Assembly: GCA_964537215.1 (NCBI GenBank)
Contig: CAZIBI010000006.1
Span: forward strand, 55,221-119,220
Length of the DNA: 64,000 bases
Reading direction: 5' to 3'
DNA from: an uncultured Ignavibacteria bacterium
Lineage (GTDB): Bacteria > Zixibacteria > MSB-5A5 > CAIYYT01
Below the pieces are notes generated by a model. That model had not been told where the DNA came from, did no database searches, and was given only the letters and a program-made list of their open reading frames with translations. A program made the position numbers and the translations under genes. Below, in pieces: positions 28,780 to 38,540 of this stretch (positions within the stretch are counted from its first letter, which is position 1; every line of letters starts with the position of its first letter).

Positions 28780-28808
28780 ATTATACGCACACTCAAAACC
28801 CGCGTAAA
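28780..28808 (-). promoter_or_regulatory. Sigma70-type promoter for the ncRNA candidate
   Basis: Minus-strand TTTACG-N17-TATAAT. Confidence 0.65.
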
Positions 28809-28847
28809 GCCCTATTTTTTAGCCTCAAAAAAATTGTCATGAAGGGC

Positions 28848-28875
28848 TTGATTTTCCCTCCGGAATCCGTATTAT
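28848..28875 (+). promoter_or_regulatory. Putative rpmB promoter
   Basis: TTGATT-N16-TATTAT. Confidence 0.45.
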
Positions 28876-28905
28876 AAAAGTCTAAACTTTTCGGAGGTAT
28901 CGAAT

Positions 28906-29118
28906 TTGTCGAGAGCTTGTGATATTTGCGGCAAGGGTCCCCAGTTCGGGCACAATGTTTCCCACGCCCATAACCTGACCAAACGCCGCTTTAACCCGAA
29001 TTTGCGCACGGTCCGCGCCCGTCATCAGGGCAAGGTCACCAATTTGCGCGTCTGTACCCGCTGCATCAAAGCCGGTAAAGTCGTCAAAGTCTACAACGCG
29101 CCACAGTCGAAACCCTAA
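28906..29118 (+). CDS. rpmB: 50S ribosomal protein L28 (Zn-ribbon type)
   Basis: [26 protein letters not shown] and CTRCIK. GGAGG RBS, TTG start. Confidence 0.95.
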   Translation: MSRACDICGKGPQFGHNVSHAHNLTKRRFNPNLRTVRARHQGKVTNLRVCTRCIKAGKVVKVYNAPQSKP

Positions 29119-29318
29119 TCGGTTTCGACTCCGCTGGCTAATTCCAATTTCTCTCACAAGAATTCTGCCACCGCATTCACTTTGTGGGGGCTAATTGTCG
29201 CAGTTCACACTTGCGGGGCATTCGCCCGGGTCTTCGTCACGACTTTCCCGGAAATGAGAAAAAGGCTCCAATCGATAAATGCGCAGGTGCCCCAGCGCTC
29301 GCGCTGGGATCAAGACTG

Positions 29319-30290
29319 CTAGTTCCCCTTTCCGCCTAACACCCTTCGGATCACGTCGGCATACTTGAACTTGTCGCCGGCCTGGTATACCTTGGCATAC
29401 TTCGGCAATAGATCTGCTGAACCGAATTGTTTAAGATCATAGGCTAGATTTGACCGCTCAAGAACCATGCCGTTAAGAAACTGCACTAGGCATTCGTTCG
29501 CAGCAAAAAGCCTCATCCAATCGTAGTTTTCCGATTCCGCCCGTCTCCGAAACTCGCTCATCAATAAGTGAATGCCGACCTCGTGCGAAATGAAATCTTT
29601 GGTCCAGTCTAGCGATTTTCTCGAACAGAAGATGTTCTTGGCGTAACCAACCGAATTGGCATTCGGCCCGCCCTCGATGGCGCTGCTCAAAATTATCGTG
29701 TATCGCTCCGCAGCGAGAGTCTTGCCTGTCAGTTCCTCCCATCTCCCTATGATGTCTTGCCCGTCAAAATAGTCATCTAACTCGCCTGCGACTTCTCTCA
29801 TTTGGCTGCACTCGTGCGGCCAGACCGATTCTTCATAGAGTCCGAAATTACGCTTAACGACTTGACGGTAGTTCTCCAATGTTTCAGCCAGTGGCACAAG
29901 ATTAAGCACAGCTTCAGGCCCGACCGGAAACCACGTATGTTCCAAATGCGCGATTTGCGAAGCATATCGTGAAAAAAACAAGTCAACCGACTTGGTTACG
30001 AGTCCGCCAATGAGCAAATCGAAATATTCAATTAGTTCTTCCTCACTTTGTAACCCAAAGGTAATCGGCATTTTCACTGCCAATTCGCTTAACTCTCCGC
30101 CCTCTCCCGAACCCCAGCTAAGTAGTTGACGGTTCTTCCGCAAAAACTCAATATCAGGCGCTTTAATCGTGCTCTCGTACTTGTCAGCGTAGACACTATC
30201 AAAGCACACCCGCGCACTCGCAAGCAAATGCAGGAGATAGTTCGGTACCAGCGTGACTTCAAAACTTATCGGTTTCACGTGCACACCCAT
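29319..30290 (-). CDS. Hypothetical protein with HExxxH motif (possible zinc metallopeptidase)
   Basis: 323-aa ORF with SHEVGIH and a downstream ANE. Looks somewhat more AT-rich than neighbouring core genes. Confidence 0.55.
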   Translation of the reverse strand: MGVHVKPISFEVTLVPNYLLHLLASARVCFDSVYADKYESTIKAPDIEFLRKNRQLLSWGSGEGGELSELAVKMPITFGLQSEEELIEYFDLLIGGLVTKSVDLFFSRYASQIAHLEHTWFPVGPEAVLNLVPLAETLENYRQVVKRNFGLYEESVWPHECSQMREVAGELDDYFDGQDIIGRWEELTGKTLAAERYTIILSSAIEGGPNANSVGYAKNIFCSRKSLDWTKDFISHEVGIHLLMSEFRRRAESENYDWMRLFAANECLVQFLNGMVLERSNLAYDLKQFGSADLLPKYAKVYQAGDKFKYADVIRRVLGGKGN

Positions 30291-30356
30291 TTCTTCGTAT
30301 ACATCGTAATCTATATTCTATTTGAACTTGGTCTCAATGCAATCAAATTCCCCCCA

Positions 30357-30388
30357 CAAAAAAACCCCGGCTCGTTAAAGCCGGGGTA
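30357..30388 (-). terminator. Intrinsic terminator downstream of ftsZ
   Basis: On the minus strand, accccggct-ttaacg-agccggggt followed by a long T-tract. Confidence 0.75.
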
Positions 30389-30441
30389 AACGTGCGTAAC
30401 CCAAGTTGTCGTGGTAGGGTCGGTTATCTCAACTTGATTTT

Positions 30442-31614
30442 CTATCTCATGCGATTGCGCAAAAACGCCGGAATCTCCAGATCCTCCTGGTCAATCTCTT
30501 CATTGCCGTTCGCAATGAATTCATCGCTCTTGATTTCGCCCTCCGCGGCAACCAGCCGCGGAATCGCCGCGCGCTCCATCGTCTTTTCAAACAAATCGAC
30601 CGGCTCGATCACGCGCTGTTCGACGCGCTCGAAACGCTCGACCATTTCACGCTTGGCCGAACCAAATCCGGTCGCAATCACCGTCACGCGGATTTCGTCT
30701 TCAAGCGCCGGATCAATTACCGCGCCGAAAATGATATTCGCATCCGAACCGGCGGCGTCGTAAATCACCGTCGTCGCTTCGTTGACCTCGTAAAGCGTCA
30801 TGTCCGGCGAACCGGTAACATTCATCAAGAGTCCCTTGGCGCCGGAGATATTGACATCCTCCAACAGGGGCGAATTGATCGCCATCCGCGCCGCATTAGC
30901 AGCCTTGTTCTCGCCGCGGCCATAGCCGGAACCCATCATCGCGTCGCCCATTTCCATCATGACCGTGCGCACGTCGGCGAAATCGCAATTGATCAATCCC
31001 GGAATCGTGATCAGGTCGGAGATGCCGCGCGTCGCGCGCAACAAGACGTCGTCCGCCATCATGAAGGCTTCGGTAAGCTTCGTCGAAGGATCCACAATCT
31101 GCAGAAGTCGCTGGTTTGGAATCACAATCAATGTATCCACGCGCGACTTAAGTTCTTCAATTCCCGCCAGCGCGCGGTTGATGCGTTTGCGCCCTTCAAA
31201 CTCGAACGGCTTGGTCACGATCGCGACCGTCAATGCGCCCATTTCGCGCGCAATCTCCGCCACAGTCGGCGCTGCGCCGGTGCCGGTACCGCCGCCCATG
31301 CCGGCAGTGACAAACACCAAATCTGCGCCTTCGAGCAACTTCGAAAACGTCTCGCGATCTTCCTCGATCGCCTGCTTGCCGACTTCGGGGCGCGCTCCGG
31401 CGCCGAGTCCGCGCGTGAGATTTCTTCCGATCTGCAACTTGTGTTCAGCCTTGGAGAACTCAAGCGCTTGCGAATCGGTGTTGACGGAAACAAATTCCAC
31501 GCCGTTGAGCCGCTGGTCGATCATTCGATTGACCGCATTTCCGCCCGCACCGCCGACGCCGACTACTTTGATCTTCGCGTAGTTGGCGAATTCTGCTGCA
31601 AAATCAAACGTCAT
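30442..31614 (-). CDS. ftsZ: Cell division protein FtsZ
   Basis: [23 protein letters not shown] and C-terminal LEIPAFLR. Confidence 0.98.
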   Translation of the reverse strand: MTFDFAAEFANYAKIKVVGVGGAGGNAVNRMIDQRLNGVEFVSVNTDSQALEFSKAEHKLQIGRNLTRGLGAGARPEVGKQAIEEDRETFSKLLEGADLVFVTAGMGGGTGTGAAPTVAEIAREMGALTVAIVTKPFEFEGRKRINRALAGIEELKSRVDTLIVIPNQRLLQIVDPSTKLTEAFMMADDVLLRATRGISDLITIPGLINCDFADVRTVMMEMGDAMMGSGYGRGENKAANAARMAINSPLLEDVNISGAKGLLMNVTGSPDMTLYEVNEATTVIYDAAGSDANIIFGAVIDPALEDEIRVTVIATGFGSAKREMVERFERVEQRVIEPVDLFEKTMERAAIPRLVAAEGEIKSDEFIANGNEEIDQEDLEIPAFLRNRMR

Positions 31615-31643
31615 ATTCCTACCTCGTCCTTGGGTTTTCCTAC

Positions 31644-32873
31644 CTAAAAGTTGAACAACGAATTGAACACTTTTTCCAGTCTGTTAAAGGCGCGATTAAA
31701 CATCCCTGCTTCCCTGCTGCCCTTGTCAGGATGATCGATGCCGTAACGCACCAGTCCGAACGCCGTCGAGTACATTGGATTGGTCACGATATGCGACATC
31801 CCGCCGAATCCGCGCGGCGTTCCGACTCTCACCGGCAAATCAAACACCTGCTCGGCCAAGACGTCGATTCCGCGCAATAGCGAGCCGCCGCCCGTCAGTA
31901 CGATACCGCCTGCAACCGACTGATAGAAATTCGTCCGCTTCAGTTCCATCAGCACCATCTTGAATATCTCTTCCACGCGCGGCTGAATGATGCTCGACAC
32001 AACTCCAAGCGAAACATCTCGCGGCGGACGCTCGCCAACGCTGGGGATCGAGATCATTTCATCTGTATTGACCAAGCTCATCATGGCGGCGCCGAAATCG
32101 AGTTTGATTTGCTCCGCCGTATCGATCGGCGTGCGCAATCCGATTGCCAGGTCGTTCGTAATATTCCGCCCGCCCAGTCCGATCACCGCCGTATGCCGGA
32201 TCGCCGAATCGGTAAACAGTGCGATATCCGTCGTGCCGCCGCCCAAGTCGATCAACACTGTGCCAAGGTCTTTCTCGTCCTCATGCAACACGCACATCGA
32301 CGATGCCAACGGTTGCAGCACCAAGTCGCGCACTTCGTATCCCGCGCGCTTGATTGATTTATAGATATTCTGCGCCGAGGTCGTCGCTCCCGTGACGATG
32401 TGTACTTCCGCTTCGAGACGCACACCCGACATTCCGGTCGGATCCTTGATCCCGCCCTGGTCGTCGACGATATATTCCTGCGGCAACACGTGAATCACTT
32501 CGCGGTCGCCGGGGATAGCAAATGACTTCGCTGCTTCGATCACGCGATGCACATCATATTCTGAAATCTCATTGTCCGAACGGCTGACGGCAATTACACC
32601 GCGCGAGTTGATGCTCTTGATATGGTCGCCGGCGATGCCCGCATAGACCGTCTTGATCTCGATTCCCGCCATTTCTTCCGCGGAAGTTATCGCGCGCTGA
32701 ATCGAGCCGATTGTTTTCTCAAGATTGACGACTACGCCTTTTTTCAGTCCTTCCGACGGCGCAGTGCCGACACCGATGATTTCGTCATCACCTTCCTGCG
32801 ATCTCCGGCAAATGAGCGCGCAGATCTTGGTTGTGCCGATGTCCAACCCACAGACAACTCTTTCAGATCCCAT
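31644..32873 (-). CDS. ftsA: Cell division protein FtsA
   Basis: [19 protein letters not shown] and VLTGGGS. Confidence 0.97.
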   Translation of the reverse strand: MGSERVVCGLDIGTTKICALICRRSQEGDDEIIGVGTAPSEGLKKGVVVNLEKTIGSIQRAITSAEEMAGIEIKTVYAGIAGDHIKSINSRGVIAVSRSDNEISEYDVHRVIEAAKSFAIPGDREVIHVLPQEYIVDDQGGIKDPTGMSGVRLEAEVHIVTGATTSAQNIYKSIKRAGYEVRDLVLQPLASSMCVLHEDEKDLGTVLIDLGGGTTDIALFTDSAIRHTAVIGLGGRNITNDLAIGLRTPIDTAEQIKLDFGAAMMSLVNTDEMISIPSVGERPPRDVSLGVVSSIIQPRVEEIFKMVLMELKRTNFYQSVAGGIVLTGGGSLLRGIDVLAEQVFDLPVRVGTPRGFGGMSHIVTNPMYSTAFGLVRYGIDHPDKGSREAGMFNRAFNRLEKVFNSLFNF

Positions 32874-33588
32874 TGTTCACCTCTCTATCCTTAGAAACTC
32901 TTGATTTCAGCACAGCGAGTTCGACAAAACGCAGGTCGATATCCAGACCCGGGTTTTTGTTCTTCTCAAGTATTTGCTCAATCCGTTGAACCTTGCGTTC
33001 CACCTCACCCCAACCCAAATGCACGACAATCGAGCCCGGCTCGATGATCAGTTTCAATTCCTTGCCTTCAATGACAATCTCCGACAGCGTGTCATAAGAC
33101 CGCGGATATTTTGCCTTAATCGTTCCGACCAGTGCCACCGCTGCGCGCAGTGAAGCATCATCAATTATGCTGAAGCACACTGGCGTCTTGACATTGACGC
33201 CGCGAATGATCGGCAGATGCAGATTCTGTTCGTTCATGTCCGCCGGCAGAAGCTCGCAGCGATCGGTGATCCCGTACAGCCGGTTGATATAGACATAACT
33301 GACCGGCACCTTTTCCGTCACTTGCACAGAGATCTTGCCATACTGATCTGCTTGAACCGCCGCCGTCGCAACAAAGTTATGCTTCATCGCACTATTAATA
33401 ATCGCCTTCATATCGACGTTAAGTAGATTCTCGCCAACGTTGACCGGCAAATCCGCCGCAGCCAGCTTGTCCGAGCCGGTCACTTCCACATAACTCACTG
33501 TCAGGACCGGGTACTTCGTCATCGCGAATCCGGCGCCCAAGATTAGCAGCGACAGAAAGAACAAATATGTTGCGACGCGTTTGCTCAC
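32863..33588 (-). CDS. ftsQ: Cell division protein FtsQ/DivIB
   Basis: Single N-terminal transmembrane helix, POTRA-like region and DIDLRF motif, between murC and ftsA. Confidence 0.8.
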   Translation of the reverse strand: MSKRVATYLFFLSLLILGAGFAMTKYPVLTVSYVEVTGSDKLAAADLPVNVGENLLNVDMKAIINSAMKHNFVATAAVQADQYGKISVQVTEKVPVSYVYINRLYGITDRCELLPADMNEQNLHLPIIRGVNVKTPVCFSIIDDASLRAAVALVGTIKAKYPRSYDTLSEIVIEGKELKLIIEPGSIVVHLGWGEVERKVQRIEQILEKNKNPGLDIDLRFVELAVLKSRVSKDREVNNGI

Positions 33589-34958
33589 TTACCAATCGCC
33601 TCCAGGACTTTCGGCGCCGTCTTGTAAATGTCACCCGCACCAACGGTAAACACGACATCGCCCGGCTGCGCAAACTTCGCGACTATCGCCGGAATCTGCG
33701 TAACGTCTTCGACATATTGCACGTTTTTGTGTCCGAATCGCGACGAGGCATCGCTGATCATCGCCGAAGTTACACCCTCAATCGGCTTTTCCCGCGCCGG
33801 ATAAATCTTCGCCAGAATTAGCATGTCCGACGTCAACAGCGCCTTGGCAAATTCTTCGTAGAAGTCTTTCGTCCTGCTGAACAAATGCGGCTGGAAAATC
33901 ACGATGATGCGGTTTTTGAACGCAATTCGCGCCGCCTGCAATGTCACATCGATTTCCGTCGGATGATGACCATAGTCGTCGTAAACCTTGATGCCGTTCT
34001 TCTCGCCGATCAAATCAAAGCGGCGATTCACGCCCTTGAAACTCTCCAGCGCTTTCTTAATCGTCGCAAACGGAATATCCGTCTCCAGCGCGACTGAAAT
34101 CGCCGCCAGCGCGTTCTTCACGTTGAACACACCCGGCTTCGGCAGCATGATCTCACCCAGCAATTTGCCGTGATGATAAACATCGAATTTCGTCGTCGTG
34201 CCGGTTTGGTGCACGTTATCTGCCCGCGTATCGGCTTGTCCCTTGAGTCCAAAAGTTCGAATTGGCCGAATCAAATTGGGAATCAAGCTCACCAAGTTCG
34301 ATTCATCGAGATTGAGGTGAATCGTCCCATAAAACGGGACCTTGTTCGCAAACTGTGTAAACGCGACTTTGATCTCGTCCAGATCCTTGTAATAGTCGAG
34401 ATGATCAGCTTCCAGCGTCGTAAATACCGCGATCGAAGGCGTCAGCGTCAGGAACGAGCGGTCATATTCGTCCGCCTCGGCAATCAAAAGCTCGCCCTTA
34501 CCCAACTTGACCGTCGTTTCAAATGAAATCACGCGCCCGCCAACCATGACCGTCGGATCCATGCCCGCCACAACAAAAATGTGTCCAAGCATCGATGTCG
34601 TCGTCGTCTTGCCGTGGGTTCCGGCAACACCGATTCCGAATTTCAATCGCATCAGTTCGCCGAGCATTTCCGCGCGGCGGATGATCGGAATCTTCCGGCG
34701 GCGCGCTTCGATTATCTCCGGATTGTCTTCATGTACCGCCGAAGAAATCACCACGCAGTCCGCGCTGTTGACATTCGCGGTCGCGTGGCCTTCGAAGACT
34801 TTGATGCCGATCGCTTCGAGATGATCTGTCACTTCCGTCTTCGCCAGATCGCTGCCGGTGACAAAGTAATCTTGATTATGCAATACTTCGGCAAGGCCGC
34901 ACATTCCGATGCCGCCGATGCCGACAAAATGCAATTTCTTTATCTTCCCGAACTTCAT
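33585..34958 (-). CDS. murC: UDP-N-acetylmuramate--L-alanine ligase
   Basis: HFVGIGGIGM, GTHGKTTT, EADEYD and DDYGHHPTE. ATGA overlap with murG. Confidence 0.97.
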   Translation of the reverse strand: MKFGKIKKLHFVGIGGIGMCGLAEVLHNQDYFVTGSDLAKTEVTDHLEAIGIKVFEGHATANVNSADCVVISSAVHEDNPEIIEARRRKIPIIRRAEMLGELMRLKFGIGVAGTHGKTTTTSMLGHIFVVAGMDPTVMVGGRVISFETTVKLGKGELLIAEADEYDRSFLTLTPSIAVFTTLEADHLDYYKDLDEIKVAFTQFANKVPFYGTIHLNLDESNLVSLIPNLIRPIRTFGLKGQADTRADNVHQTGTTTKFDVYHHGKLLGEIMLPKPGVFNVKNALAAISVALETDIPFATIKKALESFKGVNRRFDLIGEKNGIKVYDDYGHHPTEIDVTLQAARIAFKNRIIVIFQPHLFSRTKDFYEEFAKALLTSDMLILAKIYPAREKPIEGVTSAMISDASSRFGHKNVQYVEDVTQIPAIVAKFAQPGDVVFTVGAGDIYKTAPKVLEAIGK

Positions 34959-36052
34959 CTCCACCCCATGTATTCGAATATTCGCTGCACGATCGCCTCC
35001 GCCGCACCCTTGCGGCCAAGCGATCCTGACGCCATGCTCATCGCGAGCAATTTCGAGTCATCGTTTATAAGCTGTGTTATCAAACTCACAAGGTTTAAGT
35101 CGCGTAATTGTGAATCTTTTATCAAAATCGCACCGCCAGCTTCGACCAACGTCTCGGCATTCTTGGTTTGGTGATCGTCAGTCGCTTGCGGAAACGGCAC
35201 GACTATCGCCGGTTTGCCCGCGGCAGTGACTTCCGCCAGCGTCAACGCTCCAGCGCGGCAGACAATCAAATCCGCCACCGCGTACGCCGCCGGCATGTCC
35301 TGGATGAACTGCGTCGCCAGTCCGGCATTTCCCGATGCCTGAAATGCTGCGATCGACTTGGGATGATTACCGCATTGCCAAAACAACTGCAGATCTTTCA
35401 ACTTCCCCAGCTCCGGCAGCGAACTTTCGATCTTGCCGTTTATCGAAGCCGCACCCTGCGATCCGCCCAATACCAGCAGAGTCTTCTTGTTCGGATCGAG
35501 GTTGAAATTGGCGTACGCCTCTTCGCGGTCGACCTCGCCGATGCGCGGATTCACCGGATTACCGCTAAGTATGCACTTCTCGCGAAACCCGATTCGCGCC
35601 GCTGCCTGGTCGTAAGCCAGAAAAATCAAATCGGCATAGCGCGCGAGTTTCAATGTCGCGACACCCGCGTATGAATTCTGCTCTTGAATGAACGCTGCTC
35701 TGTTCGTCAACTTGGCTCCCAAAACTGCTGGAAACGACAAATACCCGCCGGTCCCGACGACGAGGTCGGGATTGAATTTGATGATCTTCGCAATCGCTTG
35801 CATGACTCCGACCGCCAGAACCGGCAGGAACATCAGATTACCGACTATGCTTCCGCGCTTGAGTCCGCGCACATTGATCTTGCTCATGGCAAACCCGCGC
35901 GAACCGATTAGCTTCATTTCCAAATCACGGCCCGTAACAAAAAACTTGATCTCGCATTCCGTCCCGCAGCGGCGTTGAAATTCCTGCGCTATCGCAAACG
36001 CGGGAAACAAATGTCCGCCTGTGCCGCCGCCTGCAAACATGATTCGCCTCAA
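34955..36052 (-). CDS. murG: Undecaprenyl-PP-MurNAc-pentapeptide GlcNAc transferase
   Basis: GGGTGGHLFP, GTGGY, QEQN, GGSQGA and RAGA. Confidence 0.97.
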   Translation of the reverse strand: MRRIMFAGGGTGGHLFPAFAIAQEFQRRCGTECEIKFFVTGRDLEMKLIGSRGFAMSKINVRGLKRGSIVGNLMFLPVLAVGVMQAIAKIIKFNPDLVVGTGGYLSFPAVLGAKLTNRAAFIQEQNSYAGVATLKLARYADLIFLAYDQAAARIGFREKCILSGNPVNPRIGEVDREEAYANFNLDPNKKTLLVLGGSQGAASINGKIESSLPELGKLKDLQLFWQCGNHPKSIAAFQASGNAGLATQFIQDMPAAYAVADLIVCRAGALTLAEVTAAGKPAIVVPFPQATDDHQTKNAETLVEAGGAILIKDSQLRDLNLVSLITQLINDDSKLLAMSMASGSLGRKGAAEAIVQRIFEYMGWR

Positions 36053-37170
36053 TTCATCCTCGACCGGAACAACTGCGGCGTCTCAACGGCGTAGCGGCTG
36101 ATATTCAGCAAAATTCCAATCGCCGCGCAGGTGATCAACATCGAAGAGCCGCCATAGCTCAAAAACGGCAGCGGCAAACCGGTCGCCGGTATCATCGCCG
36201 TCGCCACCATCAAATTTGTCATCGCCTGGCAGAACACAACCAGCGTGATGCCGAGCGCCAGATAGAACCCCGGCAAGTCAGGCGAATGAATTGCAATGCG
36301 CACGCCGCGCCATACTAATATTCCAATCAGAATCAACACTACCGTCGCGATGACAAAGCCGCCTTCTTCGGCGAGAGTCGCAAAGATGAAATCCGTGTGC
36401 GGCGCCGGCAGGTAAAACAGTTTCGCGCTGCCGCGTCCCAGTCCCTTTCCGAATAGCCCGCCCGAGCCGATTGCCAATATCGATTGCTTGACCTGATAAC
36501 TCGCCAGCAACGGGTCGGAAACCGATTCGAGGAATGTATCCACGCGTGCGCGCTTATAGCCGATGACATAAACCATCAAGAATGCCACCGAGCCCATACC
36601 GCCGACCAAAATCGCCAACAGCCGTTTGCGCACGCCGGCAATAAACAGCAGTATGAACGTTGCCGCCGCGAGCACTAAGACCGTACCGAGATTCGGCTGC
36701 AATAAGATTAGTCCGAAACCAACTGCGATGACCGGCAGCAGCGGGAACAAGACGGAATTGAATTGCGCAATCTTTTCGCGTTTGGCCGCAAGCATCGCCG
36801 CCAAAAACACGATCAGCGAGAACTTGAATATCTCCGATGGCTGAAATCCGAAAAATCCAAAATTGATCCAGCGTTTCGCGCCGTTGACTTCGCGCGTGAA
36901 TAACACGATCACCAGCAGCACCAGCGATATCCCCAACAGCGGCCAGGCCAGCTTGCAGAGCGCCCGGTAATTGACCTTCATTGCGACAAATAATGTCACC
37001 AAGCTCAATCCCAGCCAGATTAGCTGTCTCTGGAAGAAGAACGTGTCGCTGCCATAGCGCGAACCGGCAAACATTGCCGAAGCCGAATACACCATCACCG
37101 TCCCCAGCAACAACAGCAGGCAAACAACTATGATCAACAACTTGTCAACATCACGTGGACGAGTGTTCAT
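36049..37170 (-). CDS. ftsW: Peptidoglycan glycosyltransferase FtsW (SEDS family)
   Basis: GAKRWI, FQPSE, HTDFIFA and GLPLPFLSYGGSS. Confidence 0.95.
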   Translation of the reverse strand: MNTRPRDVDKLLIIVVCLLLLLGTVMVYSASAMFAGSRYGSDTFFFQRQLIWLGLSLVTLFVAMKVNYRALCKLAWPLLGISLVLLVIVLFTREVNGAKRWINFGFFGFQPSEIFKFSLIVFLAAMLAAKREKIAQFNSVLFPLLPVIAVGFGLILLQPNLGTVLVLAAATFILLFIAGVRKRLLAILVGGMGSVAFLMVYVIGYKRARVDTFLESVSDPLLASYQVKQSILAIGSGGLFGKGLGRGSAKLFYLPAPHTDFIFATLAEEGGFVIATVVLILIGILVWRGVRIAIHSPDLPGFYLALGITLVVFCQAMTNLMVATAMIPATGLPLPFLSYGGSSMLITCAAIGILLNISRYAVETPQLFRSRMN

Positions 37171-38540
37171 GCGCGCCCCTCCTGAAGCGAAAAGACAGCT
37201 TCCCTGAACTTGTCGCCGCGATCCTCAAAATCGCGGAACTGATCAAACGAAGCACACCCCGGCGAGAGCATCACAGCGTCACCGGAAACGGCCTTGAGCG
37301 CCGCAAGGCGCACGGCTGCGAAAATATCCGGCGCCCGTTCGATTGCGACTGCACCCGCAAGTTGTCTCGCGATAATCTCCGTCGCCTCGCCAATCAGGAT
37401 GACCTCGTTCACGCGACCCGCCATTAGCGGCGCGAGTCTCGTGAAATCACCGGCTTTGTCGCGCCCGCCCATGATCAAAATCATTGGTCGGTCAATCGAC
37501 TGCAGCGCCACGTAAACCGAATCCACATTCGTCGCCTTGGAATCGTTGATGTATTTCACACCCTTGATTTCCGCGACCGTTTCGATGCGATGGGGAATGC
37601 CCTTGAACGACTTGAGGCCCTGTGCGATTTCCGCAGGATCGACTCCCAGCGTCAGCGCCATGGCCGCCGCAGCCGCGCAATTGGCGACATTGTGCGGCCC
37701 CGGAATCCCCAATTCATTGGTGCGGCAGATCGTCCCTGATCTGCCTTCCAACGCGAACACCAATTCGCCATCCTTGACGAACACGCCTTCACTGACACTC
37801 TTTGCCGTAGAGAAATAAATGATCTTCGGCGTTCCCCAAAACTTCGCTTGTTGTAGTATTTCATCGTCTGCATTGAGTACAAGATAATCGTCGCCTGTCT
37901 GCGAGTCCGCGATGCGATACTTTGCCTCGGCATAGACCGACATCTCTTTGTAGCGATCGAGATGATCCGGCGTGATGTTCAATATCGTCGCCACTTTCGG
38001 TTTAAAAGTTTCTATCCGCTCCAACTGGAAGCTCGAAACTTCGACCACCGCGTAATCACGATCTGAAAGCGAGACCACATCGCGCGCAAACGGCGAACCA
38101 ATATTCCCCGTGGCGATTGCCTTGCGTCCCGAACCATTCAGCAAATGCGCCATCAGCGCGGTCGTCGTCGACTTGCCGTTTGTTCCGGTAATCGCGACGA
38201 TGCTCGCCGGACAAAGCCAGGATGTTACTTCGATCTCGGAAAACACCGGCAAGTGCCGGCGTTCAATTTCTTGCATGAACGGCGCCGTCGCCGGAATTCC
38301 CGGCGATACTATGAAGAAGTCCACGTCCCGCATCGCGCGTTCGGTGTGTCCGCCGACCTCAAACGAAATCCCCTGCTCTTCCAGCATTCGCACTTCGCTC
38401 GTGACCTTTTCCGCCGGTTTCATTTCCGACACAAAAGGAATACCGCCGTACTTGCGCACAAGCTGGGCGACGGCCGTCCCCGACCGCGCCATACCGAGTA
38501 TGGAAATCCGTTTGTCCTTCACCAGATCAATCCTCATCAT
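37167..38540 (-). CDS. murD: UDP-MurNAc-L-Ala--D-glutamate ligase
   Basis: GMARSG, GTNGKSTT, EVSSFQL, PDHLDRY, NDSKATN and SPGCASFD. Start placed at the ATG overlapping the mraY stop. Confidence 0.95.
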   Translation of the reverse strand: MMRIDLVKDKRISILGMARSGTAVAQLVRKYGGIPFVSEMKPAEKVTSEVRMLEEQGISFEVGGHTERAMRDVDFFIVSPGIPATAPFMQEIERRHLPVFSEIEVTSWLCPASIVAITGTNGKSTTTALMAHLLNGSGRKAIATGNIGSPFARDVVSLSDRDYAVVEVSSFQLERIETFKPKVATILNITPDHLDRYKEMSVYAEAKYRIADSQTGDDYLVLNADDEILQQAKFWGTPKIIYFSTAKSVSEGVFVKDGELVFALEGRSGTICRTNELGIPGPHNVANCAAAAAMALTLGVDPAEIAQGLKSFKGIPHRIETVAEIKGVKYINDSKATNVDSVYVALQSIDRPMILIMGGRDKAGDFTRLAPLMAGRVNEVILIGEATEIIARQLAGAVAIERAPDIFAAVRLAALKAVSGDAVMLSPGCASFDQFRDFEDRGDKFREAVFSLQEGRA

